In this document: piece by piece, positions 1-8,984 of the stretch
Layout: each line of letters starts with the position of its first letter
How positions within the stretch are numbered: position 1 is the first letter of the stretch
DNA from: Candidatus Thorarchaeota archaeon
Lineage (GTDB): Archaea; Asgardarchaeota; Thorarchaeia; Thorarchaeales; Thorarchaeaceae
Length of the DNA: 64,000 nucleotides
NCBI GenBank assembly: GCA_029855935.1
Contig: JAGSHN010000004.1
Coordinates: 96,001 to 160,000 of the forward strand
Direction of reading: 5' to 3'
Notes under the pieces: model-generated
Told to the model about the DNA's origin: nothing
Database searches by the model: none
The model's input: the letters and a program-made list of their open reading frames with translations, nothing else
Made by a program: the position numbers and the translations under genes

Positions 1-430
1 GTCGTCCCCGGCCACGGCCGTGACCCATGCCTCCCCCCATTCCACGAATTCCACGACTGGCCCCACGACCGGCGCCAGCGTATGCCGGACCGGGTGCGAC
101 TGTTTCTCTCAGGGATCCCGCGAGGAACTGTTCCACTGCGTCTTTCACTGTACCGTTGATGAATATCATCACACGAATTCCCTGGCTCTGGAGTGCAGGA
201 TAAGCATTGGGTCCCACACTGCCCGTGATCAGGACCTCAACCCCTCTATCAGAAATCATCTGGGCTGCCCGAATCCCAGCACCACCCGATGCCATCGCGG
301 CAGCATTGGGCACAGCGTCAAATGCCATAGTATCGGTGTCCACAAAGACAAAGTACGCACAGCGCCCGAATCGCGGATCGACGAATGACTCAAGTGTCGG
401 TCCCGTTGATGTCACACAGACACGTGTCAA
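1..430 (-). CDS. NifB/NifX (dinitrogenase FeMo-cofactor biosynthesis) family protein with Gly/Arg-rich tail; runs off the window edge
   Basis: Not in the ORF track. Manual translation from TTG at 430 (GGTGA SD upstream): MTRVCVTSTGPTLESFVDPRFGRCAYFVFVD...GGAGIRAAQ...LITGSVGPNAY, with the family RFGR and GxGxxA motifs; ends in ...GMGGGMGHGRGRGR. Confidence 0.85.
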   Translation of the reverse strand, partial: MTRVCVTSTGPTLESFVDPRFGRCAYFVFVDTDTMAFDAVPNAAAMASGGAGIRAAQMISDRGVEVLITGSVGPNAYPALQSQGIRVMIFINGTVKDAVEQFLAGSLRETVAPGPAYAGAGRGASRGIRGMGGGMGHGRGRGR

Positions 431-554
431 TAGAATCACCACTCTACTTTGAATCATTATCTGCATTATTATTCATAAAAATCCTGCGATGGGGCCCTGA
501 CACCACGTTTATCTCTTTGCTCTACAAGGATGTTCACAGTGGATGTGGAACCCC

Positions 555-1772
555 ATGGGATTCAGCATAGGGATTGTTGGAAAGCCGTCATGTGGGAAGA
601 CCTCCTTCACAAATGCCGCATGTATGACAGAGTTCAAGGAGGGAAGCTATCCCTTCACCACCATTGAGGCGAACGTTGGAGTGGCACACGTCAGGACACA
701 GTGTGTGTGCACCGAGTTTGGTGTGAAGGACAACCCGAAGAACTCAATCTGCATCGATGGCATAAGGCTGATACCGGTCAAGCTCATCGATGTGGCAGGA
801 CTGGTCCCTGGCGCTCACGAGGGGAGAGGAATGGGCAACCAGTTCTTGGACGATCTCAGGCAGGCCGACGTACTGATTCACATAGTGGATGCAAGCGGCT
901 CTCTCGATGTGGAGGGTCAGGAGGTGGCGGCAGGGAGCCACGACCCCATCGAGGATGTCAAGTTCCTCGAGGATGAGATTGCGGAGTGGATTCTGGGAAT
1001 TCTCCTCAAAGACTGGAGACGCATATCCGGCAGAGTGCGTGCAGAAGGGGCGAAAGTAGACGAACTCTTGGTAGACAAACTGTCTGGACTAAAGATAACG
1101 CGAGCCCAGATCTTGAGGGCCATCAGGGATGCCAATCTGTCCCAGGACAGCGCAGACAAGTGGTCGGAGGAGGAGTTACGAGTACTTGCTCACAGCATCC
1201 AACGTGTAGCCAAACCTATCATCATTGCAGCAAACAAGATTGATCGTCCAAATGCCCACGAGAACTATGAGCGTCTGAAGAAGGCCTTCCCTGACTTGCT
1301 AGTGGTCCCAGTCAGCGCACTGGCAGAGAAGGTCCTTAGAGACCTCGACAAGCGGGGGATCATCAGATATGTCCCAGGAAGCGACGACTTTGAGATTCTC
1401 AGGAGGGACCAGCTCAAAGAGAGCGAGATTGCGCAGCTGGAGAAGCTGAGAGAGAATATATTGAAGAGGTATGGTGGGACGGGGGTTCAGCAGGCCCTGA
1501 ACGGTGCAGTCTTCGACTTCCTCAAGATGATCACGGTCTATCCAGTGCACGATGTCAACACTCTCAGTGACAGCGAGGGAAATGTACTTCCGGACGTCTA
1601 CCTCGTTCCGGAGGGGACTACAGCCAAAGAGTTCGCAGGCTACATCCATACCGACCTGATGGAAACCTTCATTCATGCTATAGATGCGAGGACAAAGATG
1701 AGAATCTCCGACAAGCACGTATTGAAGGATCGGGATGTCATCAAGATAGTCAGTGCAAAGGGCGCGAAATGA
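555..1772 (+). CDS. ychF: Obg-family YchF-type GTPase/ATPase with C-terminal TGS domain
   Basis: GKPSCGKT P-loop, YPFTT, DVAGLV, NKID, TGS (AGYIHTD); start probably ATG 555. Confidence 0.92.
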   Translation: MGFSIGIVGKPSCGKTSFTNAACMTEFKEGSYPFTTIEANVGVAHVRTQCVCTEFGVKDNPKNSICIDGIRLIPVKLIDVAGLVPGAHEGRGMGNQFLDDLRQADVLIHIVDASGSLDVEGQEVAAGSHDPIEDVKFLEDEIAEWILGILLKDWRRISGRVRAEGAKVDELLVDKLSGLKITRAQILRAIRDANLSQDSADKWSEEELRVLAHSIQRVAKPIIIAANKIDRPNAHENYERLKKAFPDLLVVPVSALAEKVLRDLDKRGIIRYVPGSDDFEILRRDQLKESEIAQLEKLRENILKRYGGTGVQQALNGAVFDFLKMITVYPVHDVNTLSDSEGNVLPDVYLVPEGTTAKEFAGYIHTDLMETFIHAIDARTKMRISDKHVLKDRDVIKIVSAKGAK

Positions 1773-1792
1773 TAGGACTCAGGCACGGGCAT

Positions 1793-2329
1793 CTATCGGA
1801 GAGGCTTGCCGAGGCCCCAGTACTCCCCTGTGAGAGGGATATACGTGAAAAGGTGTAGATGAGTCAGGTCAGGATTGCCGTTCGAGTCTAGTAACGCCTC
1901 ATCAATATGTACAGCAAGAACCTCCGCAATCACAAGATTGTGGGCGCCGAGATTCACTGTTTCCTTCACCCTGCACTCTATATTGATGGGACACTCTGCG
2001 ATGAGTGGACTGTTGATCTGCGACGACGCGAGAGGCGTGAGATTGCACTCCTCGAACTTGTCATGGTCGCGACCAGACTTTGTACCACAAAACACTGTAG
2101 CCTCAAGCTGCTCAGCAGTCGGTACGTTGAGAACGAATTCACCAGCTGCGCTGATTAGTTCGTGACTGTGCCGCTCTGGACGTATCCCGACTGCCACGGT
2201 GGGAGGGCGGCTGCACACATTTGCCACCCAAGAAACTGTGATTATGTTGGGACGCTCTTGACCCGCCACACTCAAGAGTATCACAGGGCATGGAATGACG
2301 GCCGTTGTGGGACTTAGGATACGCTTCAT
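1793..2329 (-). CDS. Flavin reductase-like FMN-binding protein
   Basis: PCPVILLS, PNIITVSW, GTKSGRDHDKF, ECPINIEC, GAHNLVIAEV. Confidence 0.9.
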   Translation of the reverse strand: MKRILSPTTAVIPCPVILLSVAGQERPNIITVSWVANVCSRPPTVAVGIRPERHSHELISAAGEFVLNVPTAEQLEATVFCGTKSGRDHDKFEECNLTPLASSQINSPLIAECPINIECRVKETVNLGAHNLVIAEVLAVHIDEALLDSNGNPDLTHLHLFTYIPLTGEYWGLGKPLR

Positions 2330-2484
2330 ATCGAACTGCAAGGTGGGCGCCCCTTATCAGTATTGACACGAAGCGCGACAGTTAGTCAGTACGATCAAGC
2401 TCGTAATCTGACGACAGGTTTGTGAGCGCCAACTTTAAGAAAAGATGACGAGGGCAACTTCATCGAAGTCAGAGGTGTTACGAG

Positions 2485-3393
2485 TTGGCACGCATACTGA
2501 TTGCGGATCCGATAGCCGAGCCAGCGATACAGAAGATGAGGAACGCTGGGCTTGAGATTGAGATGTGGAACAAAGAAACACCGCTCACAGAGCAAATCAA
2601 GGGTTTTGACTGCGTAGTCGTTCGTAGTGCTACCAAGGTCACTCGTGAGGTCGTTGAGGCAGCAGACAGACTCCGGCTCATCGTGAGAGCTGGTGTTGGC
2701 CTGGACAACGTCGACCAAGAGGCGGCGCGAGAGAGAAACATCAAGGTACTGAACACACCTGAGGCGCCCTCGGTGTCTGTTGCCGAGATGGTCTTCGCCC
2801 ATATGTTCGCTCTTGCACGCAGAATATCCGAGGCTGACGCGTCCATGAAGGCCGAGCGGTGGGAAAAGAAGAAGCTGAAAGGGATTGAGCTATGGAGAAA
2901 GACAATCGGCATCATTGGCTTCGGTAGGATAGGCGTCGAGGTGGCAAAACGGGCCAAGGCCCTCGGAATGAGTGTGCTTGCCTATGACGTCGTTGACATA
3001 GATGCTCGTTGCAAAGAGGTTGGAGCCGAGCGCGCCACATTCGATAAGATGATCGAAGAGTCGGACTTCATCACTGTTCACGTGCCACTACTGCCTCAGA
3101 CCCGGGGTCTGATTGGGAGAGCAGAGTTCGCCAAGATGAAGAACACAGCATTCATAATCAACACCGCCCGGGGCGGCGTGGTGGATGAAGCAGCCCTGTT
3201 GGAGGCACTGAATGAGGGAGAGATTGCAGGTGCAGGTCTTGATGTCTTTGAAACAGAGCCTCCCACGGACTGGACTTTGGTGAAGCATCCACGGGTGGTG
3301 GCCACACCTCACATTGCCTCGTCCACCAGTGAGGCACAGGCGCGTGTTGGGGAGCTGACTGCAGAGAAGATAATCAAGGAACTCACGCGATGA
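2485..3393 (+). CDS. D-2-hydroxyacid dehydrogenase (short SerA-like 3-phosphoglycerate dehydrogenase)
   Basis: VVRSAT, RAGVGLDNVD, GFGRIG, INTARG, LDVFETEP, TPHIA; no ACT domain. Confidence 0.9.
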   Translation: MARILIADPIAEPAIQKMRNAGLEIEMWNKETPLTEQIKGFDCVVVRSATKVTREVVEAADRLRLIVRAGVGLDNVDQEAARERNIKVLNTPEAPSVSVAEMVFAHMFALARRISEADASMKAERWEKKKLKGIELWRKTIGIIGFGRIGVEVAKRAKALGMSVLAYDVVDIDARCKEVGAERATFDKMIEESDFITVHVPLLPQTRGLIGRAEFAKMKNTAFIINTARGGVVDEAALLEALNEGEIAGAGLDVFETEPPTDWTLVKHPRVVATPHIASSTSEAQARVGELTAEKIIKELTR

Positions 3394-3430
3394 CAACCTT
3401 CGCATATCGCTATATCTTTAAGCAGAGACG

Positions 3431-3513
3431 ATGGGACCTGGAGTAGGCCCTCTCTCAAGAGGGTGAGCCATTCCTTTGTGTTGGCGGATGCGTCCGCACG
3501 GGATGTGGCCCAT
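3431..3513 (+). promoter_or_regulatory. Candidate structured leader upstream of rpl15e
   Basis: Hairpins GCCCTCT-ctca-AGAGGGT (3447-3464) and GCCATTCC...GCGGA-tgcg-TCCGC...GGATGTGGC (3467-3509), closed by ATGGG/CCCAT; TATA-like TTTAA near 3417. Confidence 0.35.
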
Positions 3514-3566
3514 AGGGGCTGAACCAAAAACACGAAGATTGACAAGCTGCAAAGGATGGAGTTGCG

Positions 3567-4145
3567 TTGGCATACAAATACATGAACGATGCCTGGATTG
3601 AGGAACAGAGAGAGCGTTCCGAGCTGGTGAGGAGCAGACTAATTGTCTGGAGAAAACAGGCCAGTATAGTCCGTCTTGAACGGCCAACACGTCTAGGGAG
3701 AGCACGATCTCTCGGATACAAGGCTAAGCAGGGCTATGTAGTGGTCCGTGTCAAGACTGGAAGGGGGCCACGAGAGAAGCCTCGTCCGAGAATGGGCAGA
3801 AAGCCTAGGAGCCTCGGTGTGAGAAAGTACACTCCGCAGAAGTCCAGACAGTGGATTGCAGAAGAGCGCGCTGCCCGCAAGTATCCAAACCTTCGAGTCC
3901 TCAACTCCTACTGGGTCGGCTCTGACCACAAGTGGGTGTTCTATGAGGTCATCCTCGTTGATCCCAATCATCCGTCAATCTACAATGACCCCGACATCAA
4001 CTGGATCTGCGATCCGGTGCATAAAGGGAGAGTCCATCGGGGCCTCACATCAGCAGGTAAGAAGAGCAGGGGGCTCCGAAGGAGAGGGCGTGGCGCTGAG
4101 AAAATCAGACCATCTCTGGCTGCTCACGGCAATCGTGGAAAGTAG
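3567..4145 (+). CDS. rpl15e: 50S ribosomal protein L15e (eL15)
   Basis: [47 protein letters not shown]. Confidence 0.98.
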   Translation: MAYKYMNDAWIEEQRERSELVRSRLIVWRKQASIVRLERPTRLGRARSLGYKAKQGYVVVRVKTGRGPREKPRPRMGRKPRSLGVRKYTPQKSRQWIAEERAARKYPNLRVLNSYWVGSDHKWVFYEVILVDPNHPSIYNDPDINWICDPVHKGRVHRGLTSAGKKSRGLRRRGRGAEKIRPSLAAHGNRGK

Positions 4146-4148
4146 GGT

Positions 4149-4673
4149 ATGAGAAGGGGGCCAATGATGCCATCGGCAATCAGGGTGGAGGCCCGTGCCC
4201 ACTCACGAGCGACAGAAATACTTGAGAGAGTCGTCACGGCAGTTCTGAACATCTTTCCGGACTCTCTCAGAGAGAAAGTCGTGGTTTCAACGACAGACAC
4301 AGAGGGATATGGCGGGCTACCCATAGTGGTAGTCACCGCAGTGGTTGAAGGAGAGAAGGCTGCAAGCACCACCCTTAGCCATATACTGAAATCACTGACG
4401 GAGAGCGACCGAGAATGGCTGGCCAACACATTGGAGAGGCGGGTGGATGAGAAATGCACGCTATTTCTTAGGGCCGACAAGCAAGATGCATTTCGGGGGC
4501 GTGTCAGTCTGGCAACCGGCCCGGACATCATAAGTATCCAAGTTCAGTTCCAGGATCACCCCCGGTGTCAGAGAGGAAGAGCGGTCGAATTCATTAGAGA
4601 GGCCATCATACAGGGGGCCTGGGATGACGGCAGACCTCAATGTCAGAGCGAAGACACTGCAGCAGGTCAGTGA
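4149..4673 (+). CDS. RNA-binding protein of the exosome/RNase P superoperon (COG1325-like)
   Basis: HSRATE..RV, EGYGGLPI, FLRADKQ motifs; conserved position between rpl15e and Rpp30. Confidence 0.8.
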   Translation: MRRGPMMPSAIRVEARAHSRATEILERVVTAVLNIFPDSLREKVVVSTTDTEGYGGLPIVVVTAVVEGEKAASTTLSHILKSLTESDREWLANTLERRVDEKCTLFLRADKQDAFRGRVSLATGPDIISIQVQFQDHPRCQRGRAVEFIREAIIQGAWDDGRPQCQSEDTAAGQ

Positions 4674-5334
4674 GTTCAAGGCCCTCGCAGAGGCACTTGG
4701 CATAGAGATCATAGTCACATGCTGTGATGAACTAGCACATCCATCGCAGGATCAGGGCTCCGATAAGGCCACTGTGAGGGTCTTCACGCGGAGAGATCTC
4801 CACGGTCGGACTGTCAACGCTCTGAAGACTCAGACAAATCAGTTCAGGAGAAGAAACGCAATACTCGCTGTTCCGCTTGGAGCGACCAGTGCGACTAACT
4901 GGGCCGCTGAGGACCCACGAGTCGACCTTCTGACAGTCACCAACCTCGACCGCAAGGCCCAGCTCAAGCGTAGTACCGCGAGATTTGCAGCATCATCGGA
5001 CACAGCCCTTGAGATTCCAATACGCCCGCTGATACGGACTGTGGGGCTTGACAGATCACGTTACCTTAAAGCGTACAGGGAAACCATCGAAACCGCACTC
5101 ACCGCCGAGATGCAGGTGGTACTGAGCAGTAGTGCCGCCGACGCATACGAACTCAGGTCGCCAGCCGGATTGTGTTACATTGGAACGGTACTCGGGCTTG
5201 ATAGGAAATATGTGAAGGACAGTCTCGAGTGGGCAAAGAGACGTGTTCTGAGAAACGTGGATAGGTTCAGACCGGAGTTCATAGCACCCGGAGTCGAGAT
5301 AGTCCGGGGGAGGCCTAGTGATGAAGACGTATAG
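4624..5334 (+). CDS. rnp3: Ribonuclease P protein component 3 (Rpp30)
   Basis: AAEDPRVDLL, ALEI, VVLSSSAADAYELRSP; rpl15e operon context. Confidence 0.85.
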   Translation: MTADLNVRAKTLQQVSEFKALAEALGIEIIVTCCDELAHPSQDQGSDKATVRVFTRRDLHGRTVNALKTQTNQFRRRNAILAVPLGATSATNWAAEDPRVDLLTVTNLDRKAQLKRSTARFAASSDTALEIPIRPLIRTVGLDRSRYLKAYRETIETALTAEMQVVLSSSAADAYELRSPAGLCYIGTVLGLDRKYVKDSLEWAKRRVLRNVDRFRPEFIAPGVEIVRGRPSDEDV

Positions 5335-5656
5335 AAGACGCTATGTCCTGTTTCGACTCCTATCTGAAGACAATGGGGCGATTGACGATAAGCAGATAGC
5401 AGATGCCATTCGTCACAGCCTACTGTCACTGTTCGGAGAGATTATCGTCGCTGAGTCAAGGCTCTATGTTCAGGCCTTCGACAACAATACTGGATTTGGG
5501 GTTCTACAGGTGAGTCAGCAGGCACTTGAGAAGACTCTGGCCGCTGCAGCACTCATCAGGTCAATTGGAGATGTTGGCGTCATATTTCATCCAATCAGGA
5601 CCTCTGGAACCCTCAGAGCACTTTTGAGAAAGGTTTCTATAGAACTTCAAGTCTGA
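5318..5656 (+). CDS. rnp2: Ribonuclease P protein component 2 (Pop5/Rpp14)
   Basis: RRRYVLF, LFGE, RTSGTLRAL. Confidence 0.88.
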   Translation: MMKTYRRRYVLFRLLSEDNGAIDDKQIADAIRHSLLSLFGEIIVAESRLYVQAFDNNTGFGVLQVSQQALEKTLAAAALIRSIGDVGVIFHPIRTSGTLRALLRKVSIELQV

Positions 5657-6062
5657 CCTCAGTCATCTGATCTGTCGTACCCTGGGCGAGAGCAAAACAT
5701 CGTAGACTCCACTCACCTTTCGACCTTCCCGAGATCAGCCATGGTACAGGATTGAAACGCATATTCCGAACGTCGAGGGATGAGGGGGTAGGATCTGATG
5801 GATGCGAGTGGAAGATTCCTACAACTTCAAGCCCACGTTCCTCTGCATCCAAGAGTAGTCTGTAGTGCGTATGTGGATCAACTTCGAATAGACTAGGTGC
5901 GTCTGCAACGTTCTCCACAGGGTGTGTCTGTAACACTGTTGCGACAGTGTTTCGTACAATACCAAGGAGAAATGCCACGGCCTCGTGGGGCCAGCATTGG
6001 GATGCGTGCTCGAGCAACTGTTGAAGATGCAATTCCTGTATTCTGAGGACCTCAATCCTCAT
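5637..6062 (-). CDS. JAMM/MPN+ (M67) metalloprotease, desampylase/deubiquitinase-like
   Basis: PHEAVAFLLG and GIFHSHPSDPTPSSLD match E-x(n)-HSH-x7-S-x2-D. Confidence 0.9.
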   Translation of the reverse strand: MRIEVLRIQELHLQQLLEHASQCWPHEAVAFLLGIVRNTVATVLQTHPVENVADAPSLFEVDPHTHYRLLLDAEERGLEVVGIFHSHPSDPTPSSLDVRNMRFNPVPWLISGRSKGEWSLRCFALAQGTTDQMTEVRLEVL

Positions 6063-6072
6063 CAGATGTACC

Positions 6073-6510
6073 TCAATATGGGGACTTGATGGTTTCGAGG
6101 ACTATACAGGTTTCCACTTCTCCAACGCCAGGCACCTTGCCAAGACGCCGTTCGAGAAAATCGCGGAGCTCACTGAGATCGTTCACCGTGACCTTGAGCA
6201 TCAGTCCACACGCGCCGTCCAAGAAATAGGCCTCATCAACCTCGCTATAGTCGCGCACCTTCTCGGCTATCAGCGAGGCCTGCTTCATCATGGCCTTGAC
6301 GCGAATCATCGCGCAGATCCGACGACCCATCTTGAGCGGGTCCAACACGACCGTGAACCGCTTTATAACGCCCTCGCGCAACAGACGACGCACACGTCTC
6401 CTTACCGTCACCTCTGTCTTTCCCACAATCTCAGCGATGTCGGAGTAAGACATACGCCCATCTTTCTGCAATAGAGAGATTATGGTTAAATCGGTGTTGT
6501 CGAGATTCAC
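6073..6510 (-). CDS. Lrp/AsnC family transcriptional regulator
   Basis: LDNTDLTIISLLQKDGRMSYSDIA..TVRRRVRRL HTH plus RAM domain; GTG at 6510 with GAGG SD. Confidence 0.92.
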   Translation of the reverse strand: MNLDNTDLTIISLLQKDGRMSYSDIAEIVGKTEVTVRRRVRRLLREGVIKRFTVVLDPLKMGRRICAMIRVKAMMKQASLIAEKVRDYSEVDEAYFLDGACGLMLKVTVNDLSELRDFLERRLGKVPGVGEVETCIVLETIKSPY

Positions 6511-6568
6511 TGATCTGACCTCGTGGTCAGGCCCTCTATACGGGGCGCTCTTCCTCGGACTGTGCCAA

Positions 6569-6600
6569 TTCGTACATATACCTTCCGAAATGTGTACGAA
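6569..6600. promoter_or_regulatory. Inverted repeat upstream of the Lrp gene (candidate operator)
   Basis: TTCGTACATAT-N10-ATGTGTACGAA, 10 of 11 arm positions match. Confidence 0.4.
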
Positions 6601-6672
6601 GTCGGTAATGTGGGCGTACCGAATGACCGAGACCGCATCTATTCCTGACATCACTATGGCATGAAAAGTGGA

Positions 6673-7491
6673 CTACAGAACGCGAATCTCCGACTCCAAG
6701 ATGCGTTCCTCTTGAGAGGACATCACCGCGTACAACTCTATGTGATCCAAGAGCTGGGGGGCGCTTCGAATCTTCTTCTCTAGCAGCTCTTGAATCTGGA
6801 ATATGCCGGATGCATTGTTCATCTCAACGACTATACGCACCGGCTTCTCCGTGCCCCGTACGATACGAACCCGACGGATTGCCATGGCTGATGCCGAATG
6901 GATGTTCACCTTGCCGGCCTCAAAGGGGATTCTAGCCCTGCCTGAAGTCATGTCCAGTGCATCGGCAACACCGACAACCCCAGCCTCGACTGTTGTCGGA
7001 CGGATTAGCTTGTCATGAGCATAGATTGCGTGTAGTGCATGGCCTCTAATATGAACCTGCTTGTGCCGATCATCAGGGCAGACCTTTGTGAGAATTCTGT
7101 CGATGATTGGGATTGCCAAAGTGACCGAGAACTCGTTGTGGCGCTCGCGATGTACGCTCATGCCAATGTCATGAAGATAACACGCTAGAAGAACAACTAG
7201 CTGTGAGTCCTCGAAGACACCTGTTCCCTCTTCGACTATTGTCGGCTGGACCCTCGCGGCAAGGGCCTTCAGAAGTTCCATGCCGTTCTTTGTGACGATT
7301 AGTGAGTGTATGTGTCCGTGATCAGAGTAACCGAGACGGTCTATGGCCATCCGGTTGGTGTCTTCAAGCATTGTCTGGATCTCGATGTCTGCCTCGAGCT
7401 CATCAAATGCCGCCAGACAGATTGGCGAGTCCCGAAAGAGCGACCGAACGCGCGCGCGCAAGGTACGTCTGCTGTGCTTCTGTTTCGACAA
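6673..7491 (-). CDS. HD-domain phosphohydrolase (COG3294-like)
   Basis: GYSDHGHIH, YLHDIG, ADALDMTSGRARIP, IHSASA. Confidence 0.88.
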   Translation of the reverse strand: MSKQKHSRRTLRARVRSLFRDSPICLAAFDELEADIEIQTMLEDTNRMAIDRLGYSDHGHIHSLIVTKNGMELLKALAARVQPTIVEEGTGVFEDSQLVVLLACYLHDIGMSVHRERHNEFSVTLAIPIIDRILTKVCPDDRHKQVHIRGHALHAIYAHDKLIRPTTVEAGVVGVADALDMTSGRARIPFEAGKVNIHSASAMAIRRVRIVRGTEKPVRIVVEMNNASGIFQIQELLEKKIRSAPQLLDHIELYAVMSSQEERILESEIRVL

Positions 7492-7526
7492 TTCATCTCG
7501 CCTCTACAGGTCATCTACACAATGAA

Positions 7527-8369
7527 TCAAGCGGCTGATAGTGTTCTAGAGCTGCGGTTCCTTATGAAGAGCACAATCGTAAACAGCAAATAGAGGGAAT
7601 AGGCCACTACCTCTAGAGCTGACGGATTACCATTGTACCCGAATAGTCCCTTGAGAATCCCGCCAACAAGCCCGTTCTCGTGAAGGAGCGGGAATGTTCC
7701 GTCATCCATCAGGGGAGGGTTGAGATTCCAGACCTCAAGTGGACCGATAAGGAGAAGGCCTGCCTCCTGTAGTTCGTGGATTCCGTAGCTGAACATCCCA
7801 GCTGCTATGAAGATGAGCATGATAGAGCTCCACTTAAGCATGGAGGACGGGCTCAACCGGATTGATCCACGGACCACCGCAAACCCAATCAGCGCTGCAA
7901 GGAGTATCCCGGCCGTGACTGCAATGACAGATGAGGACAGACCCTCAGTAGAGAATGCCATCGTGAATAGGGCCATCTCCACCCCCTCTCGCAAGATTAG
8001 TACGAATCCCAACGAGAAGATGCCGATACGACTGCCCGTCATAGTCTGTTGCTCGACTGAGGTTTCAATCTCCTGACGCATCTGTGACCCCCTGCGGGCC
8101 ATCCACACCAGCATCGTCGTCAGCAGGATGGCTGCAAATATCATCAGAAGACCTTCGAATACTGGAAGAACCTCAGGGTCGATACTCGCCCAAGAGAGTG
8201 CCAGAAGAGCGCCGAAACCAATGCTCACAAGTGCCGCTGTCACAACACTCGAAACTACAGCGGGTAGCAGGCTGTACCTCCCCGTCCTCACCAGATAGGA
8301 AACGATTGTCGCGACTATAAGGGCGGCCTCTAACCCTTCACGGAATATTATGAGCATGAGTGCAATCAT
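7527..8369 (-). CDS. FTR1 family high-affinity iron permease
   Basis: Two REGxE motifs (FREGLEA, LREGVEM), multiple TM helices, GIHELQEAG, LFGY. Confidence 0.93.
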   Translation of the reverse strand: MIALMLIIFREGLEAALIVATIVSYLVRTGRYSLLPAVVSSVVTAALVSIGFGALLALSWASIDPEVLPVFEGLLMIFAAILLTTMLVWMARRGSQMRQEIETSVEQQTMTGSRIGIFSLGFVLILREGVEMALFTMAFSTEGLSSSVIAVTAGILLAALIGFAVVRGSIRLSPSSMLKWSSIMLIFIAAGMFSYGIHELQEAGLLLIGPLEVWNLNPPLMDDGTFPLLHENGLVGGILKGLFGYNGNPSALEVVAYSLYLLFTIVLFIRNRSSRTLSAA

Positions 8370-8447
8370 TATCAACAGACCGTTAACAATGGTTAATATC
8401 TTAAGTGATTTGGTGCGCACGTAAAATGGAGGCCAATAGGACGGAGA

Positions 8448-8535
8448 TGGTGCGGAGGGCGAGATTTGAACTCGCGAACTTCTACAAGACCAGATCCTAA
8501 GTCTGGCGCCTTTGACCTGGCTTGGCTACCTCCGC
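8448..8535 (-). tRNA. tRNA-Leu(UAG), CCA encoded
   Basis: GCGGAGG acceptor; CCAGA-CTTAGGA-TCTGG anticodon arm; long variable arm; GTTCAAATC; CCTCCGCACCA. Confidence 0.96.
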
Positions 8536-8611
8536 ATAGACAGGGGTGGCAACCGGGGAACGACGTATCAACTCCGCAGACAGGGAATTATAACCATTTG
8601 GGCGGGGTCAA

Positions 8612-8746
8612 TCACGCCTCAACAGTCCATACCTTTTTGCAGCGGGGACAGCGATAGTTCTTTCTATACCGACCATTCCCGACAAGTTCCCGCTTCACAA
8701 GTGCTACATCCCGATTGCCACATCTTGGACAAACAACTTCAGTCAT
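8612..8746 (-). CDS. Small (44 aa) Zn-ribbon protein
   Basis: MTEVVCPRCGNRD...YRCPRCKKVW: two CPxC pairs, basic. Confidence 0.6.
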   Translation of the reverse strand: MTEVVCPRCGNRDVALVKRELVGNGRYRKNYRCPRCKKVWTVEA

Positions 8747-8984
8747 GAGGCTAGGCACCCTGCACTCGCCTACACAGATGTGAATATCTAGTTTGTTGCG
8801 ATGGCATGTGCCTGGCAGTCGGAAGACTATCGGACCACGAGAGCAGTGAGTCATGTCACAACGTTTTTATTGGCCTCGTAGAAAGTCGCGCAGACCCCTG
8901 CCTAAAGAAGAAGAGTGGGGCCTTGCCATTCCCTGGACCGCCCTAATTGTTGGTCCGATGGTCCAGTGAGAGAGTGATGTCGAC

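Noticed and set aside
20-570. Plus-strand ORFs 20-388, 207-452 and 385-570
   Set aside because: They are antisense to the NifX-like gene or span the promoter region, and have no recognisable motifs.
8541-8550. Recurring GGGGTGGC in several intergenic regions (about 8542, 23078, 44727, 58869)
   Set aside because: The motif is too short to exceed chance, and only the 58869 copy has the ORB dyad.
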